From Obrimoposthia wandeli (taxonomy: Eukaryota): a stretch of 64,000 nucleotides of DNA. Shown one piece after another: positions 11,361 to 23,700 of the stretch (the stretch's first letter is position 1; each line of letters opens with the position of its first letter). Below the pieces are notes generated by a model. The model was given only the letters and a program-made list of their open reading frames with translations. It did no database searches and was not told the origin of the DNA. The stretch spans positions 124,001-188,000 of the forward strand of contig CDROCS010006113.1 in the NCBI GenBank assembly GCA_977020255.1. Direction: 5' to 3'. A program made the position numbers and the translations under genes.

Positions 11361-13359
11361 AAACAAATAATGACATAGGCTAGTCTTACAGGCGACGGAA
11401 GATTGAAATTCGCATCTTTGAGCATATTATTTAATTAACGTCTAATCAAATAGATTTAATGCCTACTTTCTTTGTAACAGCATACGAGAAAATGTCTTCC
11501 AACAAGATACATAAATCACAGGTCACTTTATAGTTTATCATCGCTTAATTAAGAAATATATCGTTTTAATAGATCATCGACGTATAAATCCCAATCTCAA
11601 TTATATTGAAACCTGCTCGGGATTTAATAAAAGTCTGTTTATCAAAATGAGCCTATTAATTCAAAGAAACAGTGTCAAAACGACTAACACGAAATCATGT
11701 AGTTCTAATCAAAGATAAACGTTATTGAAACTTTCTTAATAGCAGTATAGAGCTTCAGAACGTATGCCAATGAACATAATTCATGAATTTGAAATCCAAT
11801 TTTTAAAACCTCCATTGCATTTGATTTAAATTTGCTTATTTGTTTTCCTGTTATTTATCAATACATATACAATAAATATTTGTCTAAGCTTCAGCAGACA
11901 TTGAATGAATTTTATTCATTTATGTAGAACGAATTTGAAAACAATTTTTAAGACATACTTTGTGAGGGATATCAATTTCAATAGTAAAGATGGTTATCAC
12001 AATTTCAGAAGAAAAACGTCTGTCGATATCCTAAAACGGGTTATCACCCATATTGTTTTCAATTATCCAATTATCGCCCAGCTTATCAAATTATTTATAA
12101 TGTCCGCTAAATCTTACTTAGTAACTGAGTTTAAACAGAAAATTATCTTAAAATATTTCACCCCATAAATGAATACTCACGTTCTTCCAACTGCATTCAC
12201 ATCGCACAATTTGTACACCAATAAGAGCACCTTAATATCTTTATTGTACTTTTTCGCAACAGGAGGACAAAGTAGATTTTAAAAAACACATGTTTAAATA
12301 AATTTTAAAAAAAGTTACCAACATTAAAAGCCGTTTAAAAAAGTGTCTAAATGCCGAAAATAAAACGCATAAAAATTTATACATTTTATTATACATTCAA
12401 ATAAATTGTAAAAATGAATAAATCGGCATTCATGAAGAATACATTTGCAAGAAGTTTAAATTATAAATATTTCCCTCTAAATATGGTTTATTATACCTCG
12501 TTCAGTTGATTGAAAACGAAATCGATTTGAATAAACACCCAAATATACGGAAATAACATATCTACAAACTAATAAATATTTACAAATCTCGACATCTATG
12601 AAACAGAAATTTTATTGGAAACTAAACATTGAAAATGTGTGCAAAATTCAAAGCATATGGAGCACTAAACAACAGTACACGAACACAATCTGTATTAACA
12701 AAATAATCAATTCAATAATAACAGACATGTTTCATTATAAAAAAAATAATATATTTTACATATTTTACAAAAATTAATGAATGCATTTTAAATATCAAGC
12801 AGTGCTGGTTAGAGAGTCAAAACTATTTTAAGATGTCAACACTAAATAATTAAATGCGAAGTTCTTAGCGGGATAAGTAGCAGAGTAATGAAGTAAACTA
12901 TTGAATCAAAATTGAAATGAACAAAATAATATCAAATCTAACCCCCAAAAAAGAATCATTTAACATGTTAGCGAACATCTAGATTAGCTTTCTGAACCCT
13001 TTCTGGAATTGGCACCCAGTAAAAACATGGCACCTTTATCTGTCAAAAGAAAATCATAGGCTATGTTAATATCAACTTGTGTGTACAGAGATAGAATACC
13101 GTATCTGTGGGGCAGATTATTACGAGCAAAAGCTTGAAGATTTGGACAAAGTGGGATAATGTTAAGGGAATCGTGACAATGCTGCAATGAACAAAATAGC
13201 CTTGATGTGAGAATATTATGGAAACAGTGTTCCATTATTTCAATCTACAACTTCAGAGTATACAGTGTGCCAAATAAAGTTCAGTAATTGTGTAATTAAC
13301 CACTGTGGAAAATTCGGTCATTAGAAAAGCGTGATTAGCATGGCGAAGACGTGACAAAC

Positions 13360-13460
13360 CTGGTCATGGTAGGTATCTAAAGCCTCATCGTCAAGGTCAT
13401 CTTCCTGGCACGGTGTATTTTGTTTGTGAGAGGCACCGAAAATGGCATATTTGGATAAAA
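13360..13460 (-). CDS. Possible further kinesin exon (tentative)
   Basis: GC-richer segment flanked by ttttag and CAG/gtttgt reads LSKYAIFGASHKQNTPCQEDDLDDEALDTYHDQ, but in phase 1 while the previous traced exon ends in phase 0; unresolved. Confidence 0.25.
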
Positions 13461-13544
13461 CTAAAATGAAACAGTAAAATAAACAATGTCTCAACTATGT
13501 TTAAAAATAATTCATTAAAACTTTCAGAGGCTAATGATATATAA

Positions 13545-13545
<1 letters not shown>

Positions 13546-13592
<47 letters not shown>
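13546..13592. repeat. (TA)n microsatellite
   Basis: Pure TA run. Confidence 0.98.
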
Positions 13593-13594
<2 letters not shown>

Positions 13595-14589
13595 TTTTTT
13601 TATTAAATGCCATGACAGTTATATCAATATTCACAATGTACCCTAAATATATGACAGATGTATACCTTATTTTTCTGAAAAAAAGTTAATTTTTTGATAA
13701 AATGTACATAAAAGAGTAAATCATTTAATAATAACAATTTTATATTCTCTTAAATTGTTAAATTTTTCAGCAAACTAATTTGAAAGGTATTCTTCGACAA
13801 AATTTACTGAAAAACTGTACGAAGTTATTTAATAATTACGGAGACTCTCTTCATCATACTCATAAAACTGGAACGCATTTGATTCGGATTAAAAATGTTT
13901 CACATACATATTTTGATCATTGATCTGTTAAACTGTATGTAAAACAAATATCAAAGAAATGAAAACTAACAATATGTTTTGTATTATAAATGTTCTTTTG
14001 AATGTATAAATAGTGTTTTTTAAATTTTATTTTCGTATAATAAAATGTACTAAATTTATATTGAATATTGACAAAGCAATTAACTAAATTATTTAAAATT
14101 CGTAATATTGAATAACAATAATACAAATTTGAATGAACCAATGAGAGGCTTATACTACTGTTTTGTATTGTAATCACCCAATGTGCGCCTAGTTTGCTGT
14201 TTGGTCAACTAATCATGTGTTGTTTTCGATATATTATAGTGTTACAAATAGTCGTGCTGCAGATTACAGAGACAGTGGTTGGTTATAGGAATTGATGAAG
14301 TAAAGTTGATATGACAATAGATTATGATAAATTTTCTGACTACGATTATGAGTATAATGATTGTGACGAATTATTCTGCAGAAACACAACGTGATTAAGT
14401 TAGTGAATGGGATAATGTTGACTTAGCATTATTGCGTACCAGACCATTATGAAGCACATTGAACAAATAGCGATATCATGATACAATAATGCTAATTTAA
14501 ACGATCAAACAGGAAAGTCTGATCTGACAACATAAATAGTTGATTCTAAGAGGCTACATTAGGAGTTTGAAGATGAGCAAAAAACAAAC

Positions 14590-14715
14590 CTGGCCAACAA
14601 TCCTACTGTCTGTGCGAAATTTTGCGGCTTCACTACCGTAGGATAGGGCCCACACAGCATTGAAAAAGTCTTCATACTTTGGGTTAGTGAGAGACTTCCA
14701 CTGCGAACACAGACT
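14590..14715 (-). CDS. KIF28: KIF28-like exon (SLCSQWK...RIVGQ), phase 0-0
   Basis: tgcag acceptor, CAG/gtttgt donor, 42 open codons. Confidence 0.65.
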
Positions 14716-17700
14716 CTGCATGATACGAAAAATATACGTAATGATATATTTACATTACATATACTATTGATAAATGTAAGTAGATTCAAAGTAATTTTTA
14801 ATGATATGCTTTTACTTTCAGGCATCTGTCTTTTCTCTCCAGACGTGAAAGTCGCTTGTTGAGCAGAGCGATCTCAGACTTGTATTTGGTAGCTTCTCCA
14901 GAAGGGTCAGAATTGACAAGGACGGATAGTCGTCTATGGTTGTTTTCTGAGAAGCTGCCAACTGTCAGGGTCTGAGGGAATGTGTGCTGCATGCAGGCCA
15001 ATAGGATTTAACCTCCATTTTCAATTGGACAAAAAATATTAAAAACTTAATATACAAGATTAAAAGACACTAAATCTGCAGTAATTAAATTGTGTAAGAA
15101 ATATTAATTTTTTCTCCCTTTAATGAAATATAATATTTCTAGTTTAATTGTGTAAATGCTACTGGATTTATCGGTAATTTACATTTTAATTAATCCTTAC
15201 TTATCAGTGAATTGTTACAGAGCTAATTGCAGGGACGAAATCATATTTGAGTCGGATAACGGTTGAGAACATCAATATCGACCTACCACAGGCATGCTGT
15301 CGCGCTGCTGAACGTAGACGCGGAATGTAATGAAATTATGTTCGAAGTAGTCAATATGGTCCTCGCTGATGCGTGCGAATGAGATGACCTTGTTGTGATT
15401 GAATTTGGGGTTACACGTGTCGCGTATGAGCTCAGTTTCGGTCAACTTGTCATCCTTGAAGACGCGATACCGTACACGGATACCCAGCTTATAACGCGGG
15501 TTGCTTAGCTCCACTTGGGCTATTTGTATCTGTCAAACAATCAGAGAATAAATCCCAATGTTCTTGAAACATTCAGAGAATATTTCTAAATCGGTTATTT
15601 GAATTTATTTCAAAACATTTCTGCAAGAAGCATTTTTCAAAAACTACTCTTCAACAATCTTTGATCTAAACAAAAGTTTTTATTTTGCTTTTTGAGTAAC
15701 ATATTTTGTAATTTATGCAAAATATTTAAAAGTTAAGCTTAAATTATACATAATTGTATTACTTATAAATAATTAAAATAAATTATACATAGTAAATATT
15801 TTTTTTATATTAAAAAGGATTTCGGTTATTCGGTTTCTATCTCTTAGATTCCGATTCGATTATTGAATCAAATACTGAAATTGATTGAATTCGATATTCG
15901 ACATTCGACAATTAATTAACTTTTTTAATTTTAAATATAAAATCAATTTATAATATGTGATTTGTCAAATATTAGGTTGTTGCATAATTAATGTAGGTTT
16001 ATAATAGACATATATTAAAACAACTATTAATCGAAATAAAAAACTTCGGATTTCACATTTTTCTAATGTTTTGTGAAATGAGTTTGATAAAATTCTGAAT
16101 TTCTAGACTCCAAGAAGTTGCATACCTCCGACATTATACTTTCTATATTATCAGTTTATGTCATCCAGAAATGACGATAAATGCTTAAATATATGAGTAT
16201 AGATAATGGAGATGTACTTCATGCTTCAAGTTCCTTATTTTCGCCTGAGTTTGAATCTAAATATGGGGTCTAACGTTATCATATAGCTAACTGGGTCCTT
16301 TCCGATTAGCTAAAGTGGGTTGTTTTAATAAAAATTCTTATGACATATATAAATTTCGTTGCAATATGAGTCTGATTTGGTAGTTTCAACTGTAGTTTAC
16401 AATCTGTAGTGTGGCAGTACTTGCCATAGACTAGCAAACAATTACCATGATCGTTTTTGAAGGAATGGGTTTCGATATTCCCCTGGGTGCTTCATTCGTC
16501 TCATATTGTTGTAATTTATCCATTTTCATCACGTTATTAAACGTTTAAAAACTACATTCTTTTTTTTAAGTAAAGTGACAAACAAATCGTAAATAAATAT
16601 ATATTTTTTAAATTCTGTTAATTTTTGAGGTACCAATTTGTCTACATTTTTCACTATATTCATTGTAGACAAAGGACTCGAAATGGTTGAGTAGTGTACC
16701 TGAAACATAATTGTGAGTTCCGGACACGTTCTATAAGGATTTGATTTGACAGTTTGCTGCAGGTCATCTTTATCTACAGTATTAGAAGCTCCATAAACGG
16801 CGTTCACATGGAAACGTGTACGTGTACTTAATTTATTTTTATTTCACTGGAAATTAGAAATTTTCGAAAATTTTATTTTTCGTATATAGTTTTACAAAAG
16901 TCAATTTAGTTTATTAAATAAAATTCAAAACAGTTCTATTTCTCGGATGAAAGAATGACTAAATATTATTTGTATTTATCTTATTATAAAATTATCTCGC
17001 AGGCACACACATAATTACATCACGGGCCACTTGCGAATCGCGAGACGCGGGTTGGTCATGTCTGCTTTTGTGAGTATTGAGAAACAATAAAAATGTAAAT
17101 ATTTTTGTAAAGTATAAAAAATAAAACTTCTATTATGACTGGTTAAAATTCAATTGTAGCTCATATGCGTTTTCTTGCACACCTAAGTTCTCGATTCTAA
17201 ATTATTGTAAATTACTTTTGTTTTGCAGCAAATTTAATATTCAATGCTAATCCATCAATATTTCATTTTAGAGGATTTATTTGATATCATTAATTATATT
17301 TTAAGATATTCTAATGTTTTCAACGATTTTCATATGCGTTGTGTTTTAAAATTTTAATGTTTAGTGACGAATTATTAAAAGGAAATTCACTATTCTCTTT
17401 TTGTTTTGTAACATGCGGCATACATGAATAAAAAAAGAATCTTAAACTGAGATTTGTAAATATTTACAAAACTTTGAATGTTGTTCATTATTATAAGTGG
17501 CTTTGAATTGTACTCAAAATCTTGTCGGTTAACCCTTCTTTTAATTCAGATAAACCACAACGAAAAGTACCCACCTTTAAGTGATTAGAAAAAATCATTA
17601 TGTACTGAAACAGCAGCAAAATAGACAGCCACACATTTATACAAGAAATTATTGCTACAAATTCTGCTTTTTATCCGCTACATATGAAGTTATCCATTTA

Positions 17701-20700
17701 TACAAAGATTCACACACTATGAAACATCCATAGTGATAAAGTAAATGATTCTGGGTCAATAGTGTAAAAGGTTTGCGTACCAAGAAATGAAAAGTTCGCG
17801 TCAGCAGAGCTTTAGGATTCTCGACAAAGTTAACATCTCCCTCCAGAGCCCGACCATTGGCGGAGCAGGGATAAATGGCAACCCGTATCAAGCCTTCCTC
17901 CTCGCCATCGTAGCTTATGATCGGAATTTCGTCGTCGAAGTCGAGATTGTAAGCCAAAGCTTGCAAAAATGCATTGGCTGTGCCCACCAACACCTCTTCC
18001 ACCGGCTCCCAGAAGGGGTCATCTTCTTTTCTAATTTGTTTCTGAACTCCAGTTTGTTTGCCTTTACTGTTCGTCGTCTCCAAGTACTTATGGTACAGCT
18101 CCTAGAATAGAAAATTATAATTGGTATAAAGAACTCTTCTATCGTTCCAACTTAATTATTATTAAGTAAATTACTTAACTATTAAAGTAACTTTCTGTTC
18201 TTAATATCATCAGTCATATTTTTGACGATCTACGGCAAACCACGGTGCAACTCCAGATGTAAGAAATTTAGAATTGCAACTATATAATGCTAATTATTGA
18301 TATAGATTTATATATATAGAAAATAAGTATTCATAAATAACGACATAAAGTTTAAATAATGAATTTTCTAATTAGTGATAAAAAAGTGAATTGTATAATT
18401 TTCAAATATTTGGAGCAATCAGTATCGCCTGGAATATACCGTTAATTGCATTGGCTGCATGAATATTGATTTTGCATATTTTCCGAATAAAGCTCTAATT
18501 AAAGTTTGAGAATTACTTTTTAAAAATAAAAAACAGTGAATTCTATGATTTAAAAATATTTTTGAACTGTTTAAAAATTACAGTATTTCATTATATACTT
18601 TATAAGAAACAAAAATGCCACATAAACATATTCCGAATTCGTAAAATTTATTTGAGGTAAATGATTAAACGATGTAGATTTTTTTTAATTCGTAAAGTAT
18701 ATTACAGAAAAATAACTAAATTACATTTTAAAACTTATAACAGAACTTATTCTATTGTTTATGAATCCAACAGTATTTTCTAAGGTAACATAAAATGCAA
18801 CTTCCGGGAAAGTTCTATATTATTTAGAGTTTTGTCAGGATTTAATTTATAAGGTACGTACTTGCATCAAGAATCTTCGATTCATGAATTTTCCTCGTTC
18901 CCAGAGCCAGAAGTTTCCCGTTTTAGTGTCTGACACTTTTATCATAATCCTGAAATTCAAGATAATTTTGTCAAATTACCAATGAGTAATGCTCAATAAA
19001 AATCCTAAATATAAAAACGGTTAGTACTATCTATCATACCTAATCAATCAATGTATATATAAGATAAGATAAGAAAACTGTATTCATAGTAAAAACATGC
19101 AGAGAATTAAATTCTCTATAGCAATACAGTAGGTGGATGTGTCCGGTCTAATCCACCCACTCCCCCCACCCCAAAAAAATTTGCCCCTTCCGGGGAGAAT
19201 CACCCCACCCCTCCCGCTTCTTAGGGGCGGGCTCTATTCACACCCTCCGGACGCGAAAATAACTACAAAAATCTTGCCCTCCGGGCGCTACAATATTTTT
19301 CATTAACTTTATCCATCTACACATACCCTACCTCTCACACATCGTGTCATATCACTAAAAATTACGAATTCCTTAAATCTATTTTTAATACCATATTAGC
19401 TTCACTCAAAGTCCCAAGAGGCTGTATTTTCTCGTCATCAGCCTAATATCCATTGAGACGTATTGAGATATTCCATAGTTCTTCATCTAAAATTGGAGCA
19501 ATCAAATATCCTAGATCATCTCTAAAAGCCAGACTGGGATCAGTTTCAAGCTCGAAACTATTTCCTTCATATACATAATCAGGAATGTAAAATCACAAAA
19601 TATTTTTCAATTGATCGATATCAGATGTTGTTAAAATTTCGATGAAATATTTATTGTCCAATTTTGATATTTTCATAGGATTCATAACTCGTATTATTTG
19701 ATGCCTCTTTAATATATTACATGGTTTTCTTTTTGAAATTCTTTCGGGATAATAAGAATTTCCTACACATCTCAGAAGAGGATCCATTCTAAAATAAGGA
19801 AACTGATTAAAAAGCATCGTTTATAAAAAAATACATATAAGATACAAATATTAAAAAAAATAAAACTTATTATTAATTGCCAAATGAAAGAAACATAGTA
19901 AAAATGAATAAAATGGATTACAATTTATTACATGCAAAATGAAAAAAAAAGTTAAAACATAGCAATATGAGCACGATCAATTTTCCACATAGGCAACTTT
20001 GTTCCCATTTCATCTTTCTTGTAACCATAAAGTCAAATTGTTACAGTCCATTGCTTCCTTCTCGGAAACGCATCAACATGTATTTTTCTTCCATAGTCAT
20101 CTAGAAATGCTGCATCGGCTCCTCGGATATAAAATTCGTTCTTATTGAAAGTAAAATTTGGAACTGTCTTTTCAACTTCCTGTTTAAGATATTGAAAATC
20201 TGGTTTTTGAATATTTGATAGATAATAGCTGAACTTTCTTCTTTCAATTGTCACAGGATTTACTAAAGCAATCAGTTGAGCCTTCTTCAAGAATCTTTAC
20301 TTTGTATTTGAAATATTATTTCACTTCTTCATACATATCCTTATCCGATTCTTCAAACATTTCTAAATCTTCGTCACCGCTTAATATCCATTGGCTATCG
20401 TCCATCATTGATAATTGTCTTTGGTACGAATGCATTTATTGTGATTTGTCCTCCAATGGCGCATTATTTTATACTAATTTGTAACAAAGATATGAATCTC
20501 ATTGGACGTGAGACGGCATCCTGCTGCCCTCGCGAATCTGGAAGTATTGCCGGTTGAGGTGTATCCAGTTCCGCCAGGAATTCGTCCAATCCAGCTTCAT
20601 TCCAGGCCCTCTTCAAGTTCTGGCTGGTTGTTGTCAGAGGAGAAGCAGTCTCCCAAGCCCAGGCCAAATTTTGGTTTATACTCAATGAAGCCGGCGATGT

Positions 20701-23700
20701 TTCCTGCAGGCGTCGTTAACTCGGTGGCGGACTAATCTCGATCAGAGAGACATGTATTCTCTCGTACATAATTGGCTCGTCGTTCACTGGAGATGGGAGA
20801 ATCTTCTACTGGCCAATCACCGCCTCAGAAGAATTGAGCTTTGTGGTACGACATTTTCTCGAGCGCTTCGTTTTCCGAACCTCTGCTTTCTTCGTCCGTT
20901 TCTTGGGGAAAGGAGTAATTTCTCCCCAATTATCTGAACGGGTTCCTGCAACAACAAAAAACATTAATAAAATTTAAACATATAAATAATTTACCTCCAT
21001 GACAGGCAGGTTAGCCTGTTTTACCAACTTGGTCTTCTTCTGATGAACCGTCTGGATTTTGACCCGATGGCGTCGCGGTTTCCTAACCGCCGCTTGCTTC
21101 CTATCTATCGGTCGCATCTTCGAGAAATTTCTCCACCTATGTGAATTATTAAATTTATTATCTAATTAAAAAATAATTTACCTTAACATTATCTGGAGAC
21201 GCTAGGTATCGGAGCTCACTCCTTGGCAGCTCCTGGCTGCATTGACTCGCCAAGTATTGCGGTTCTATCAGTTTCTCCACCGTGGTCACCGACGGTGCTA
21301 TATCCAGTTGAAATTTCTGAAAATGAAATTAAAAAAACATTTTAAATAATTGAAGTCTAACCTCATTCATTGTCTTTATTCTGCTAACAGCACGTATCGG
21401 AGATTGCGGCCTTTTGAATGGTTCAGGCACCGTATTATCCGCTATCGGAGTTGGAGTGAGACCATCCCAATCGTCAGTGAACAGGCACCACTCGTCCTCA
21501 TCCTGGAGCTCCAATACTTGGCTATATCCATTCGTCGATGAGTGGAGTCCTGTCCTCCTCCCCATGCGACGGTACGTCATCGGTGAACAGCTCCCCGTCT
21601 GAGTCTGGTGCGAGGACATTCTCCGGCTGAGACAGAGGGATCAATTTCCAGGGGCGTTTGATTGCCACCTCAAAATTGCCGCTTTTAAATTTTTTTTTAA
21701 AATTTCACTACACACATGCACGAAATTTCACTCTACACACATACATGAAATTTCACTCCACACACATGCACGGTTTTAAAGGACAGTGGTAGCTCCCCCG
21801 GGAGAGGGGGTGTATTAGACCAGACACATCCACCTACGCAATACACAGTAAGGTGTCTTCTACTTCATGTAGGACCAATGAATCTCCATGGGAGATTGTT
21901 TGTGCGACACTGCTTGGTGGTAATAATAAATAATAACTCACACAGTACGCCGAACCGTGCCGTACACAGCATCCTGTGAGTTGGGAGGCACTAAAATCAC
22001 AAAGAACTTCTTGAATTTCCCCAGCTCTTCTGAGATTGCATTCACTTCTCCGACCATGGGGATGATCTCGAGTATTTGTTGCTGTACAACTTGTTGATCT
22101 GAAGAAATGAATTCAGAAAAATCAATCTTATCTTATGGATGTTTTAAGAGTTGTCTTAGAATCGTCAAACTCATCAATGATTTTTACTTCAAAAGAAATC
22201 TTCGTCATTCAAATTTATAAAATAAACATACGTAAGAGATCGTAAATTGAATATATGTTGTAAAAATTCGTCGCTTTTCCAATACGATTCAAAAATGTGA
22301 TACGGGAAATTTGCCGTGTCAAATAGCGAGATTCTTAAATAAAATTAGAAATATTATCCCATTTCGTTTAAGACACACTATATTCGTCACGTGACGAATG
22401 GTGATGCAAGATTATATGTGTGATGAGGGAGATATCGACTTTTCCATATTATCTAAATGTAAAAAATAACGACAATTGAACATTTTCCCGTGCCAAATTG
22501 AAAGTAGAAATGGCAAAGGGAATTTTCCCGTGTCAAATAGACGGCAGAATTGAAGTATTTAAATGCTTCTTTAATAAATTTTCTCTACACTTGAATTTAA
22601 ATTTAAAGTTTCATATTCAATTTGATGGAAGTAAAGAAAATGTGAATTTGACATATTGAACGCAAATTATGATTAAAGGTCATTTCCTTTCTCTGTTCGA
22701 CGACGTTCACTAAAAGGGTCGTTGTTTACTGAGTCATTTACACTAGAAATTTGGTTATCTATGTGAATGACACAAAATAATATTTACTGAAAATTTGAAA
22801 CAATTTCATTCAACAAATAAAAAGTTATTATCGGTTTGTAATCGTTTATGTTTCTCTCAATAACCTTTACTAATATATTGGCCTTTAAATAAAAAATATT
22901 TAGTAATTCTATGAAGTATTTAATCACTTTGATATATTTAGCAAACAAAAATTTCTAAAAATTTAATTTGGAAAACAATTAAATTATCTAGATCTAAAAT
23001 GGAAATGACCTAAACTAATCGTTCGACAACAGAAAGTAACTCCAACCTTTGGTTAGGCCTTTGACATTTTCAGTTTCTAAGTTTGACTAAAAGCAAGAAA
23101 ATACACAACTTCGAGGACTTGAAAGAGGCAGTTACCATGAAAACTTTAAATAGACACGAAATAGAGAAAGTAAGAGAAAAGTCCACTTATTTCGACAGTG
23201 GAAATGAAAATTCGATTGGAGTAGAAGTCGTGGAGTTATTCACACGCAAATAGAAAAGTTATATTTATACACAAGTGTGTGAAAATGTATTTGGTGGGGT
23301 AATTTTTTCGAGGCCTCTCAATCATAATGAATGCCTGCAGGATTTTTTTCCTATCATTTACGATCATACCGAAAACAGGGAAAATGTGTTTTTTCGAAAA
23401 TCCAAAAATCTCGGTTGAAAAACTCGAATATTTATAATTTTCCAATTAAATCTTCACCACTGTGTAGCCAGAGACGCCTTCTACCTTTCTTACTATAATT
23501 GTCATTAAGTTCGAACAATTTTATTTAACACTTTAACGCAAAAAGCCGAGAAACAGCTATTCTTTTCAACTTTCGAGGTCAATTATCTAGATCTAAAATG
23601 GAAATGACCTCAAACTAATCGTTCGACAACAGAAAGTAACTCCAACCTTTGGTTAGGCCTTTGACATTTTCTGTCTCGAAACCGTCGGCTTGAGCAATTT

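Larger units (their letters stand above)
19128..21838. mobile_element. Polinton family A, copy 2: 2.7-kb non-autonomous deletion derivative in a kinesin intron
   Basis: Starts AGTAGGTGGATGTGTCCGG and ends CCAGACACATCCACCTACG; flanked by a caatac direct repeat (19122-19127, 21839-21844); no core genes. Confidence 0.92.

Noticed and set aside
20506-21136. Alternative genetic code (TAA/TAG = Gln), since all stops in one frame of the terminal gene are TAA/TAG
   Set aside because: The number of stops is near chance for that frame. In ORF A the same positions are CAA in sister copies, so these are decay. Other element stops derive from non-Gln codons, and the kinesin and TBP-like exons read normally with the standard code.
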